Source of the DNA: Octopus vulgaris
Lineage: Eukaryota
Assembly (NCBI GenBank): GCA_951406725.2
Contig: OX597820.1
Span: forward strand, 50,282,001 to 50,346,000
Direction of reading: 5' to 3'
DNA length: 64,000 nucleotides
In this document: positions 27,036 to 40,992 of the stretch, piece by piece
Numbering within the stretch: the first letter of the stretch is position 1
How the letters are laid out: each line of letters starts with the position of its first letter
The notes under the pieces: model-generated
The model's database searches: none
The model's input: the letters and a program-made list of their open reading frames with translations, nothing else
Told to the model about the DNA's origin: nothing
Made by a program: the position numbers and the translations under genes

Positions 27036-28869
27036 TCTATCTCATCCTGTTCTCGGAGAATTCTTTTCTAAACACATTTACAGACCGCGTGTATCGTTGC
27101 AAACGTTGGCAAAAACATACCTTTAGTTCCTATAAGTAATTTCTACCAATCTATAAAATTCGACCTTTACCATTCTTCTTTTATTTCCACTAAATATATC
27201 TATTTCCACGCCTTTTTAGCTTTACTCCCATTCATCTATCACACCACCTTTCTCCACACTTGGTTTTCTGATAATTTCTTTCTTTCTCCTCCTTCTTTTT
27301 CTCTAAATCGCATTTGATGTTAATTCTCAGCAGAGTAAAAAAACAAGAGCATAAAGTAAAAAAGAAAGAAAAGGAAAGAAAACGTGGCCTAGAGAAAAGT
27401 CTAGAAGCCCTATATGTTAAAAGCATATAATTTACTTTCTATGGACTACGAGGTCTGTAGGTACAGGAGTGAGCTAGTATTGGTCTAGGGAATACTACAA
27501 TTTATTAACGGGTAGATGCAATTTAAAGTGGGGAGCAGGATGTTTTAAAAAAGAAGTTTTCAAGAAGATGTATATAAGGAAAATACTGATATGATTATCA
27601 AAGGGCGGTACCTATGCTAACGAAGTAATCTCAAGTGAATGTAAACAATTACCGTAGCGTGCTTAAGAAAATTTACTCATAGAAGTTATTACCAAGAATC
27701 CCATCTATAACCCTCAATAGGGCAAGTCTAAGTCCAGCAGTCTCTACATGTGGTCAGTTACAATTTGAACTGAGGTCACAAGAAGTCAATGATATAGATG
27801 GTGTGGGACCGCTTGTGTCCTTCAACATTTTAACGTTATAACATGCATGAAAGAATCCACGGATTGTTGTTAAGGGGAGGTAAGTAATACTGGTAATTCA
27901 GCGATTCAATTAAGGCTAAAGGAAATGAAATTGGACTTAACCTCATATATAGCGAATTGTTGTAATAATTAGGTGTAAACTGGTGCGCAAGAAAAATACA
28001 TCTTATAAGTACTTTAAAAAGCACAAATAAAACAGCACTTACAATTAGGCAGTTAATATTTAAGGCGTAATCACATATTGAATATTATCAAATAATGAAA
28101 ATCCTTAAATATGCTTAGTAAGCATTACATAGTAATTAAAGTTATATACTCCCTATTATTGTAAAACAATTTAAAAGAGTATATTGGCATTATTTGGATA
28201 CAGTTAATGCCAGGTCCACATGATGATTAGTACTATAAGAAAAGTTTCCTTAAATCAAACAATTTACCAAGCATACTTAAAAAGCAAACACAAATTCCCT
28301 AAGATAAGAATGAAATACTAATTAAAACTAATCATTAAAGTTATAAACAAAAGTATATTAAATCAAAGTGGGTGCAAAATGCTATTACAATCAACAGGTT
28401 GTGGCTATAATACATTATCCTCCAAAATAGAATATTTCCGTCAATAAAATCTAATAATTTAAAAATTATAGTCAAATCATATATAAACTCTAAGTGGGTG
28501 CAGCCATACAATTTCCATTAATGGGCATTACATACCGCTCTACATGGTGCAATAAATTTATACAAATATCTCCTGCTAAGCCTAAATAACATAGTTCCAC
28601 AAAAAACAGATACATACAATATAAGGTGGGAAGGGTGGGCATAGAGTATAATAAAATAGAAAAATAACATAATAAAACAATAAAATGAAAAAATGAATAA
28701 ATCAAACTTGGGGGAAATATTGTTCGGGATATTATGGGATAAACACACAACGCTACATATATACGTAAATACATGCATACATACATACATACTTGTGTAT
28801 ACTATACACAATTTTAAACTCGTGATTAGTTGTGTGTACGTTTGTAAACGTAAACGTGTGTGTGGTTTT

Positions 28870-28924
<55 letters not shown>

Positions 28925-28925
<1 letters not shown>

Positions 28926-29737
28926 CGCTCAAATTGAATGCAGTAGATGTCCTTTGTTATCGTTTGGTTTGGGTTTAAAAGTTCAAAGTGGATTAAACCT
29001 TTCATATCCCACGAAAGAGATAACAATACCTTCTTCAGCCTGGGTTGCCGGTGTTTCTCCTTTCCCTACCCACTGTTTTCGGCGCTTGACATTTGTATAC
29101 AGAACCCAGTTATCGTCACTAGTCAATATTCGGTCTCAAAATGTTTCATTCGTGAGACGTGACAGCAAACAAGAGCACACATTCACGCCTTGCATGCGAT
29201 TAGACTGAGAAAGTTTGACCCAATTTGCTGACGTTTCCAAAGACATGGAGGTGTCAATGAATGGTTGAATGGCCAAATACAAGCTTTTTTGCTAATTTCT
29301 CAACAGTTACGATGGAATTTGTTCGACTAGGGTTTGCAGGATGTCCTCACTGAGCTCTACAGATCTTTCAGGACGAGGCTCATTTAGGCTGGAGTTTCCG
29401 GATCGGAATTTCTGGAAACACCGTTGACACTGGCTTACGCTTACTGTCCGATCTCCATATACTACATTGCTCGCACTTTCCGTTGCGTTGTTGCTTTTAT
29501 TGAAATCATAAAGCAAAATAAGCCGAATATGTTCCTTAGTCAGTTCCCATACAGCTTTGAAAAAAATTACTGTTAAAATCAAACTGCACTCTTCAAAACT
29601 TGCACTAAGAGTAAGCACAAAATAAAGTTACTACCTGCTTCTATAGCAAGTTGATGCAAGTAGTTTATCCTGTCTCACTCCGACGTTTAGGTCATGCTAC
29701 TGAAAAAAACCCGCGTTATTTATGGAATGACTCAATA
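28925..29737 (-). mobile_element. Mariner (Mos1/SETMAR-like) transposon fossil, 3'-truncated
   Basis: ELTKEHIRLILLYDFNKSNNATESA..QCQRCFQKFRSGN..NEPRPERS (HTH) and WDMKGLIHFELLNPNQTITKDIYCIQFER. TIR tattgagtcattccataaataacgcg ends at 29737; the other end runs into (TG)n. Confidence 0.9.
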
Positions 29738-29884
29738 TAAAGTATATATGTATATGTACATATATATATGGTCGATAGGAATACATTCTTACATATACTT
29801 TATATATTTTCACATATCCTTATCGGTATACACACACACACACACACATACGCACACGCACATACACACATACACACACACATA

Positions 29885-30408
29885 TATGACTGACTGATCT
29901 GGATTACTGGTACCACTTTAAAGCCTTGAAACTCGACTCTCTCCAGCTCCGCCGCGAGCGGTACATCATTTGCACAATGTGGAGAATATACATCCAGCAT
30001 TGCCCAAACTATATGAACATTAGCTTTATGGTTCATCCAAGGCTAGGACCACGGGCCATACTTCCCCTGCCCAATTCAGAATCACATCATATGGGTACAC
30101 TGCGACACAATATATCTTTCTCAACAGGCCCTACCCCATTTAAAATTGTCTCAAAACTCATCAAAGAGGAAAAGGATCCGATCCCCTTTAAATAGAAGCT
30201 GGACAAATTTCTTCAAGGGATACCAAATAAGCTACCTATACCTGGATACAACTCATTCAACAGGAACGTCATACTTGAATAGACCATGACACCACAAAAC
30301 TTGACTTAAAAAGGATTTACATAATCCTACCAGGTGGTGCTATTACGTTAGACATGGCTTGGACCAATCCCTGGTCGAAACATATCTAAGTTTATCTAAG
30401 TAAGTTTT
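29885..30408 (+). mobile_element. CR1-group LINE 3' end
   Basis: LDYWYHFKALKLDSLQLRRERYIICTMWRI..FK*KLDKFLQGIP, the typical CR1-group C-terminus, with a short ctaagt-repeat tail. Confidence 0.8.
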
Positions 30409-30431
30409 ATATATAAATATATACATATATA

Positions 30432-30766
30432 TATAGATAAATGAAAGAATGGAGTCGAACGGCGATTTAACAAAATTCCTTTATTCTCGACATATGTTTC
30501 GAAGACTGCATATTCCTAATTCCGAAGGAATAAAGGGTGCATTATGCCGTCTTCTCATCAGAAAAGACAAGGAACTTATGTCAGCATCATGACGAACAAA
30601 AACTTTTAGATGACTGCCCACACGGAGTCCATAGTGATAATGAGAAGACGGCATAATGCACCCTTTATTCCTTCGGAATTAGGAATATGCAGTCTTCGAA
30701 ACATATGACGAGAATAAAGGAATGTTGTTAAATCACCGTTCGACTCCATTCTTTCATTTATCTATA
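30432..30766. mobile_element. Fold-back cassette: 127-bp inverted repeats from a PLE pseudo-LTR
   Basis: 30432-30558 is the reverse complement of 30640-30766 with about 3 mismatches by eye. Each arm carries hammerhead sequence followed by AATAAA. Confidence 0.85.
30484..30566 (-). ncRNA. Type I hammerhead ribozyme (PLE-type, minimal palindromic stem III)
   Basis: Minus strand: tttt-CTGATGA-GAAGAC[..tattcct/aggaata hairpin..]GTCTTC-GAAA-CATATG-TC^gaga. All core nucleotides are present; GUC cleavage is predicted between 30489 and 30488. Confidence 0.75.
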
Positions 30767-30914
30767 GTAAAAAAACACACAAATTTCTACACGAAAGCAC
30801 GTGATTTCTGCCCTTGGCATGTAGCTTCAACCGTGCTTTCTGACGTAAATTTGCTACCCAGGTATCGGTTAACCGAATTATCCATACTAGGATAATTCAT
30901 TCAACTACTTAAAC

Positions 30915-30960
<46 letters not shown>

Positions 30961-31029
30961 ACATATATGCATATATATACATGTATATGCATATATATAA
31001 ACACACATATATGCATATATGTATACATA

Positions 31030-31061
<32 letters not shown>

Positions 31062-31070
31062 ACGAACAAG

Positions 31071-31297
31071 ATGTTTTGAATGACACAACAATGCACTATT
31101 ATACAAACAATGGACTATAATAACTGTTGTAATTTAATCATCCATAGTCTGATATATTTCCGAATAAAAATCCTTCTTCAGATATCTCTAGGAATTGTTA
31201 CTCCGAAATATCATATCAGACTATGGATGATTAAATTACAACAGTTATTATAGTCCATTAGTTATACTATAGTGCATTGTTGTGTCATTCAAAACAT
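31071..31297. mobile_element. Second fold-back cassette with hammerhead remnants
   Basis: 31071-31160 is the reverse complement of about 31205-31297. Minus strand CTGAAGA-AGGA..CGGAAA-TATA-TC at 31181-31151; plus strand GGA..TCC-GAAA-TATCATA-TC. Confidence 0.75.
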
Positions 31298-31348
31298 TTT
31301 ATTCTTTACAAACAATACGCAATGCTTCGAGCGAACTAAAATACTCTC

Positions 31349-31381
<33 letters not shown>

Positions 31382-31497
31382 ATACAAACTGGGACAAGAA
31401 CGCAAAACATTTTGATGACGACACAAAAAACACGGACGGGACATTCGAAGCCTTCAATCTTCAGTCAAGAACCGGATCATCCTCGCAATTTCGGCTG

Positions 31498-31538
<41 letters not shown>

Positions 31539-32700
31539 TACACACACACACACATATATATTTATATATATATATATACACACAAACACATACATGCATA
31601 TATGGGTACAGAAGAAGGCACCATTTCCAAGTAAGTATATCTTAATGTTTTCGATGCAACTCTATACTAGTTTCTCACTCTATCCTTTTCTCTCTGATCC
31701 ATTCTCTATTTCCTATTTCCTACCCTTCACCGTTTTCTATCTATCTCTCGCCTTCATTCTCCATCGTTGCTCACACGTGATCATCTTCAATCTTTCACTC
31801 CCTCACGTATTCATCTTTCTTTTATTTCAGGGCTGTTCTAAGGATTGAACGTACCCTATATCTCTCTCTTCTATCCTTTCTCTTGTCAAAGAAAATATTT
31901 CTCCAGTGTTCGCAAATTTATCCTTGTTCTAATGATCCTCCGTATTTGTTTTCGTTCGGTTTCCTTGTATATCTCCCCTGTCCTGTTTTTGTTCCCAACT
32001 TTGACTTTCCATAAATCCCAAATTATATGTTGGTATTTATGCGAGCAACAGTCTTCGAAGACTCATATTGTTGTCCAGTGCTCGAAATGAGGAGTAGATA
32101 ACGACTGGTGAAGGGTCGTTCTTGATTTTACTTGTCCTGTTTCCCATTTGCTTCTCTCGTTGTTTGCGTATTGAAGTCTTTTATTTTCGTATTTCATGTT
32201 GTGTGTAAGAGAGAGAGAGAATCAGAGAGAGATAGAGAGAATGGAAATACATATTCTCAGGCATCATACTTCTGAGATGCTGGACACAAACGCACTCACA
32301 AGCACAAAAATATGCTGAATACACACACACACACACACACAAAAGAAACATAAAAACATACACACACATACATATACGCATATCTCGAGCAGTTTGACTT
32401 AAATATGTGTGCGTTTCTCTCATGTAAATCCTAAATACAAATTACACAAATCAAGCGATATCACCAGGTGATCGATTTTCATGTAATATAACTTCTTATT
32501 CTTTGTGTTTTTAACCTCCCAACCTTCTACCTTCATCATATTGCACTAGATACCACTCTCTGTAAATGGTTTATGAGATGCCTTCGCATTCACGTCTTCC
32601 CTTCCACTTAAACCTCTGTCACTTCATTACTAGATATCAAGCATTCTGCCACTGCATGAAGAATGTACCGAAACTGGGAATAATAGTACTGTTAACATAA

Positions 32701-33054
<354 letters not shown>

Positions 33055-33207
33055 GACAACAATAACATGACAAATGATATATAAATGCGCAAAAATAAAA
33101 TCAAACAATTAAAGCGCTGTTCATTTTACAAAATATATCTGTGCACTCAACAATATCAGGACTATACACATTACTTTACATTGTATTATATAAACAGAGT
33201 AACAAGT

Positions 33208-33244
<37 letters not shown>

Positions 33245-33367
33245 CATATGTATATAAATATACTAAAATACACACACACATTTACAAGTACACATATCCT
33301 CTGAAATAATCCCCTACTCCCACTCACGTATATTTACATAAAATATATCCTCCTCTCTCTCAATCTC

Positions 33368-33461
<94 letters not shown>

Positions 33462-36400
33462 TGTATGTATGTATATATGTATATATTCTTAACGATACTT
33501 CAGTTCTACTCGTATTCTACGTAACCCTTCAGGTTGTTCAAATTCTAAGACAGCAGATTTAATAGTGAATAATTTCTGAAGCAATTGAAACCTGTAGATT
33601 TCCAGCTAACCCACCCTTGCATTTCCTTCTTCAGATTCTATTCTACTTTTCTATCAACATTCTTTTTTTATCTGTTTTCTCCTTCTCAATTGCATTTTTT
33701 TTGCCTTAATTTTTTTTCCATTAACCAAATATATTTTTCTCCTATCTGAACTTTACTTTCTCTTTTTTATTTTCCTCCTATTATATCACTCTCAAAGATT
33801 CTCTGTCTACCTATCTCTCTCTCTCTCCCTCTCTCCCTCTCCCTGTCTATCTCTCTCGTACCCCCTTTCAAGTATATCATACGCATACTGTCTTAAGTTT
33901 TTTTGTCAGTTCCTGACGTGGATCGATTCTTCTTATATCTGCAAGTTAATGCTAGCTTCCATTCCAATCTTTTTCGTATGTCTTCTGTTTACATTCCTCT
34001 TCATTCTTTTATCATCATCATCATCATCATTATCGTCGTCGTCGTCGTCATTGTTATTATCACTATTATTATTGATTTCCATCTCAAAATACTCCAAAAT
34101 ATAATATCTCTTTATCGTCGTAATTTCGTCGTCGTCGATTTGTGCTGAACCTTCCGGTCGTTCCACCACCCACGATGCTCTCCTCCTTGCTTCACCCCTC
34201 TCACTATTATTAGAATTACCAGGGCGAAAGCCGAAGGTAATATTTACAGGAGATAACATATGGCTACAATAGTTCAATCTCCATTTTACTTATATTACTA
34301 ACCTGTTATGACCTCAAGAAAAGGGATAGATAGTAATTTATTTCCTTTTCTGTACATTTCTACTGTACTGCAATAAAGGCAAGCCAAGGAGAAAGAAACA
34401 TATGTAGACAATCAGATAGCACAAAAATATGCCACCCACGAAAATGTATAAATAAACAAGGTGCACACAAAAGACAATTTCGTACACAAAACTCGATAGA
34501 AGCTGGGAATAATGGATGCGATTTTGAATGTATAACCAGATTTTGTAATTGACTGGATATTTAATCCACACTCAAATCATATATCTATCAAACGCTCTAG
34601 TTCTTGTCCTTGTAAAAGAGGGGTATACACGACCGTTACAAACATAAACACAAAGACAAAGTTTAAGAGTAGTTCGTTAACTATCAGAATTGAATTTAAC
34701 ACTGCTTTCAGAAAGATGGTTTCTCCATTCTTTTATGCTCGAGATACAGTGAATATGATATATAAATTAAGCAAGAAACTTTTCTACATACTATCTCATT
34801 GGCTGGATTAAATACGAAAACCAGTTATCTTAAATCAGAATTACTCCAGGGGGAAAAAAAAACAATGTTGTTGGAGGAAGCAGAAGAGTTCCTTACTAAT
34901 AATCCTTTCTACTATAGGCCTGACGTTTTGGAGGTAAGAGTTGGTCTATTACACTGACACCATATCTCAACTGCCACATATTTCATCAACTCTGAAAAGA
35001 TGGAAAGCAAAGTTAAGCTCAATGGAATTTGAGCTCAACGGAAAGACGCTAACGATTCTGCCAACTTGCTGCCTTAGTTCCTCAATAATAGTGACAACAA
35101 CAAACTAACGAAATTGTTTTATAATCTGGCTCTAATATTAGGCTTCTCCATTAATCCTTTATAACACTGGCCCAGAGCCTGAAACTTTTATAAGGAGGGG
35201 TTAATAAGTTACACCGAACACACTACTCAATTGCAACATATGTTATCAACTCTGAAATGAAGAAAGACTATTTCCATTGAAATAGAAATTCAAGGAGTAA
35301 AGACGGGGAACAAATGTCGCTCAACATTTCTCTGGAATGCTGATGTTTCTTCGAACTTGTCCGAAGATGATGATTCTGCACATCAGGACAAAACCTATAC
35401 GAAACGTTTACAAAAATTATGTACCTTAGAAATACTCTTCGATCGTATGTTGTCAATAGCATAATCAAAAACAAATCTTAAATCGCTGTACTCTGTAATT
35501 ACAATGTTTATGTATGCGAAATTGAATATAAAGATTGTAAAGTATAATGCCAAAGAGTCCAGCATCTTCATCAAAAAATAAATACCAGTTGAGCACTCGG
35601 TTGGACGTGTTTGACTTAATGTCTCCTCCGAAATTTTGGCCTTATATAACCAATAAACCAGGAAACACATATAAAGGCAGCAGCATCAAACTCCCTCAGT
35701 CACCAAACGCCACAATTCAGAAGAGGTTTTAAAAATTATTATATATACATATATATATATATGTGTGTGTATGTGTGTGTCTGGGATATTTATTTAGAGT
35801 ACACGTAGCCCGTTATTCTCCAGGTTTGACCACAATTAATTGCTTTTAGCCAAAAACTCAGGCAACTAGAAATCAGAATGAAAACATGTAACCGTTGCAC
35901 GGTACCTGTGTTTTATGTATTGGATTTTGTATAATGAAAGCCAGAGTTGAACTCGTTTATATTTGAAATCAGATCTCTCAGAGCTGGAAGGAATGCATCA
36001 AACCTATTTATCTGGCACTCTAACAACTGAACCATTTGACCATCTACAAACACACCCACGCATATACATACATATATGTTTGTTTATACATACATACATG
36101 CACACATACATACGTGCATACATATATACATACATACATACAAACATACATACATACATGCATACATACATATATAGATGCATTCTTACTTAGATGCATA
36201 CATGCATATAAACACACACACGTACGCACTCACAATCACACTCACACACACATATATACACGCAAGGTAACTAATTGTTTGTAACAATTGGAAGTAAATA
36301 TTTCTTACACTCTAATTATCCCTACTTAGAGCTACGCACATTTTCTCTGGAATTTAATTCTATACAAGAACTATGCATATAACCTACTAAAATTCTACAC

Positions 36401-36670
36401 ATTTGTGGCAATACTCGAATACAAAATATCTTATTACAATTAGTACATTTGTTTCAGTGAATTGTGATACAAATTATGACATTGGTTTCTCTTCTTTTTC
36501 TCCCCCCTGCTGCTCCTCTCTTTTAATATACGTATATACGTAGTTGCATATATATATATATACATATATATATCAACTTACATAATATGTATACACACAC
36601 GTATACGCGCGCACACATATAAATTATACACATATACTTACGTACATATACATACATGCATACATATATA

Positions 36671-36701
<31 letters not shown>

Positions 36702-37880
36702 GTGTATGTATGTATATGTATGTATATATACATATATACATATATACATATATACATACACACACATATATATGTAATTTATGTGTGTGTATGTATCTAC
36801 GTAACATATGTGCACAACATGTTATTCAAAGCAAGCATTGGCGTTATCATAGTTAAAAGACTACGTCAAGTAAACAGTTTCTGCTTTATTATGCATTATT
36901 ATTTGCGCAAATAATAGCGTTATTATGGCAGAAACCATTTTTCTCCAAACATAGAGCAATTATGTTAAATGTTGAATATGCTATGCAGATTACTATTATA
37001 TACCTGAACCATGAAAAAGGCTATTGCTTAATCAAATTCCATTTTATGGAGATCTTTGTATTTCTTATATATCCTGCATGTTCATGTTCTCATCCCCAGC
37101 TCATACCGTCACTCCTCTTTTATTTTCTATCGACAAAAAAAATTTGGGTTGTGACAAATCCTCCTTTATTTGCGTGACACTAGATAATTTTTGCTATTTA
37201 GTTCTCATTTGACGTGCAGTGAACATTCTGTTGTTTGCAAACTTTTCTATACGCTTCATGTCTGCATAACTGGTAATGTTCAGATTAAATTTTTGCTCAC
37301 CTGGTTGTACCTCCAAGAAAATTGTAGAACAAGGGACCTATTGTTAGGGAATAAATAATCGGAAGAGTTGGTTTCTACACTAGAAATATACGTTTTGAAT
37401 GGTAATTAAAAACATTACATGACAAAGAATGTACTCCCGTAAATGTATTTAATGAAAAAATAGAAGAGACATGACCTTGGAAATTATAGAACAATTCTGA
37501 TTCAATTGACAATATCGCTGGCGCTATGTTTAACACGCGGGACAAAATGCTTAGTAGTATTTCATCTGTCTTTGCCTTCTTAGTTCATACTCCACCGAAG
37601 TCGACTTTGCCTTTCGTCCTTTCATGATGTGGTCGACAAAATAAGTATCAGTTGAACACTCGGTTGGACGTGTTCGACTTAATCTCTCCTCCGAAATTGC
37701 TGCCCTTACCTAACCAATGCAGATACAATTATTTTACAAGAAAATACTTTTCGAATTGTGCAAACGGCTTGCTTCATATTTGTTTTTTTTTAAATTTTGC
37801 TTCAATCTAATACTTGGAAAAGAAATATTATCACACTGAGTTAAATACGATATTTTATTAAAGTGAACATTATCAATAAG

Positions 37881-38031
37881 GGTGCAGGTAAGAAGCTTGC
37901 TTACCAGCCACATGGTTCCGGGTTCATTCCTACTGTGTGGCACCTTGGGAAAGTGTCTTCTACTATAGCCTCCGGCCGACTAAAGGCTTCTGAGTGGATT
38001 TGGTAGACATAAATTGAAAGAAGCCTGTCGT
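37881..38031 (+). mobile_element. SINE family B 5' half, running into (TA)n(TG)n
   Basis: agcttgcttacc.gccacatggttccgggttca..caccttggg.aagtgtcttctactatagcc. Confidence 0.85.
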
Positions 38032-38058
38032 ATATATATATATATATATATATATATG

Positions 38059-38137
<79 letters not shown>

Positions 38138-39556
38138 GTATTATCATCGGTAATAGAAGTCATTATATAATGTAAACGTTTCGTTTTCCCCTTACGGTTT
38201 TACGCGTTACGTGCAGAAGCGTCGGTGGAGTGAGGAGGTTGTTCTGCTTATGATTTTCAAACCCACTTAGAGAGAGATATTATTGATTTCTGGTTGAAGG
38301 ACGAAGGAAATACATTTCCAAGCATGGCTGACATGAGAATACATCATAGTTCAGGGACAAGATCATTATGTGTTTTGTTTGTCGGAAACGGAAAAGCGGA
38401 AGGGTGAGGCAGATGAACCGGATTGATGACGGATGACTCTTGTACCAGCTGGTTACATGACATTGAAAATATCCGTTGTTAAAAAGAATAGATTTCTCTT
38501 AAGGATTTCTCACTTGGATGTAATATATAATCTGATTGCTTAGCTGAAAGAATGATTCTATGTAATACAGAAGATAAATATAATATATTCACTATTTTCA
38601 GATATATTGGCATATAGAAAGCTAGAACATTTGTTCTCATTTTTGTATCTCTCTTGGCACCTGTTTATATGATTGATTACGGCAATTTAGAAAGCGCTGT
38701 GTTGTTTCATGAATCGAGTCAGAGTTATAAGTTTCTAGTTTTCGATAAAATGACATGAATTTGTTTTTCAGAAAAATGTAAGTACCACATGTGAAAGATT
38801 TCTGAAAACGGTTCATGACAAAAAGTAAGACGAAATTATAAGAACAAAAACAAGTTATATTTGAACATTCTTAATCAGAGATCATTATGTAAAAGTAATC
38901 TGTTTTCCATCAGTCTAAAGTACCAATATTGAGTTGTGTAATCAATTTTTGGTCCTCAAATTCACTGTTCAGTAAAATATATGAATCAATTTGACATTTT
39001 ATAGGGAACGCTAAAACTGCATTTTGATGTGTATAAAGTCCATAAATACATATCAAATATTTCCTCCTGTAATTCGTATTCTGACTCCACATCCAGTTTT
39101 CTCTCTGTCAGTAAATGCATATATGGAAATATAAGCAAAAGCCCAGTATAAAACTTTTATTCATAAATTTTATGATGAATATATTGCTAATGAAACAAGG
39201 TTAGTACAGTAAAATATAGATAAATAAAACAGATCGAATGCTTTGCTGTATATAGCTACGTCTCTTGAATTTCGATTTCATGCAGTCGTGTTCGTAGCAT
39301 ATATATATATATATAGTTATGTAAATGCAAGCAGGAGAAACAGAACTCAAAATAGGAGTGTATGTATGTTTTTTTATGAATATTTAGCAGAAGGAACAGA
39401 ATGACTTAAGGTCCGAGACTTTAGAGATTGGGGACTTAACAGACTAGTTGGATAAGTGCCAAAACATTTGGTTAAGATTAGAATGACGATTGGCAAGTAA
39501 AGATCAAGTAAATTACAAAAATAATATAATGTATATAACAGGTAATATATATACAT

Positions 39557-39622
<66 letters not shown>

Positions 39623-39680
39623 TAAATGTTCTACTATATCATATTGTAACTCGAAAGATTTCTCCTTACAAAGCCCCAAA

Positions 39681-40199
39681 ATGAAAAACTTATTAAACAA
39701 ATATAGCATAAAAAACAGTAGACGACAATATAAAAACCTAAAGAAACACCTAACAAGAGCGAAATTCTCTTCAGAAACTAAAACGGAATTCTTTGCAAAA
39801 GAATGCGGAGATGGTAGATGTGGGATCTGCAGCAACCCCACCTACAAATACATAGAGGGAAACAGAGAGATGAGATTTAAAAGTGGTTACATATTCAAAG
39901 TAAATGCAGATATGAACTGCAAGACGCAGAACGTTATATACTGCTTAACCTGCCCCTCGTGCAAGGAGAATTACGTAGGTGAAACTGATAATTCTTTGTG
40001 CCAGCGAGCCAAGATTCACCGACAACATATTCGGCAGGAAGAACTACGCAAAATACCACTAAGTACACACCTAGCTACGTGTGGAGAAGGAAAATTTAAG
40101 ATCTTTCCCTTCTACAAATGTCCGAAGAACGACACCTCTTTCAGGAGGAATATGGAAAAATATTTCATAGCTATGTTCTCCCCCAAATTAAATGGCTGA
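39681..40199 (+). CDS. GIY-YIG endonuclease of a 5'-truncated Penelope-like element (Neptune-type, Cys-rich linker)
   Basis: Open 172-aa ORF with CGDGRCGIC linker, NVIYCLTCPSCKENYVGET (GIY-YIG), R...H, H and E..FI..F.P.LN. RT is absent; (CA)(TA)n lies upstream. The ATG is probably an internal Met. Confidence 0.85.
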   Translation: MKNLLNKYSIKNSRRQYKNLKKHLTRAKFSSETKTEFFAKECGDGRCGICSNPTYKYIEGNREMRFKSGYIFKVNADMNCKTQNVIYCLTCPSCKENYVGETDNSLCQRAKIHRQHIRQEELRKIPLSTHLATCGEGKFKIFPFYKCPKNDTSFRRNMEKYFIAMFSPKLNG

Positions 40200-40652
40200 A
40201 ATTTTACTCATCATACATTGAAGGACAAATCCATGCTAATATGCTAATAACAGACTTTTAAATCGTCAATTTCCACGTATTATATACCCGCAATAGGGAC
40301 TGGTAACCACTTTAAGATGTGGTGGGGAGCAGTTCACACGTGTGTTGAGGCTAGCTAAAGGATTTTATATTTGGATATATTTGGAGTACTTATGTGTACT
40401 CATGACTTTTGCTTCAGCTTTTTTCCATGGGCGCATGTAAATATTTCATTTATTTCTTATCGTATTTTCTACTGAAGAGGAAACAATTTATGAGATTAAT
40501 TCCTAAATTGATTCAATATAAAAATAACGAACATATAAAAATTAATTTTGCTAACTAGCTTCCTCGATTTCAGCACAACTTATTTCTGTAGTGGGTATGT
40601 AATATGTGGAAATTGACGATTTAAAAGTCTGTTATCAGCATATTGACATGGA
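40200..40652 (+). mobile_element. PLE 3' pseudo-LTR with point-mutated hammerhead and inverted pLTR fragment
   Basis: tcgtattttcta-CTGAAGA-GGAA..TTCC-TAAA-TTGattCAAT-A-taaaaataacga at 40460-40530. Inverted repeat 40230-40289 versus 40593-40652. Confidence 0.75.
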
Positions 40653-40883
40653 AATATTTTTCTTTTGCCCTTGTTTATAAGTTGTTTATAATTTTAACCT
40701 TTAAAGGTATTTTAATATGCTGCCACTTTTTGATGAAAATCTTTTTCTGAAAAAAAAACCTTCATCTTAAATTAGTAGTAGTAGTATCAATTCAACTTAA
40801 ATTTTACCATTTAGAAAAAAATTACATCGTATAGAAAAATTGATATACGATAAAAACATATAACAATGATTAAGTAATGTGCA

Positions 40884-40931
<48 letters not shown>

Positions 40932-40933
40932 TA

Positions 40934-40992
<59 letters not shown>

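Noticed and set aside
31385-32180. Further hammerhead candidates (CTGAAGA on minus strand near 31460; tcgaagac..ctcgaaa near 32055)
   Set aside because: Core geometry is too degraded to call, although these may be PLE-terminus remnants.
34215-34241. attacc-ag-ggcGAAAgcc-gaa-ggtaat GNRA hairpin, loosely U1/rRNA-like
   Set aside because: Only 27 nt; the flanks do not match any structural RNA I recognise.
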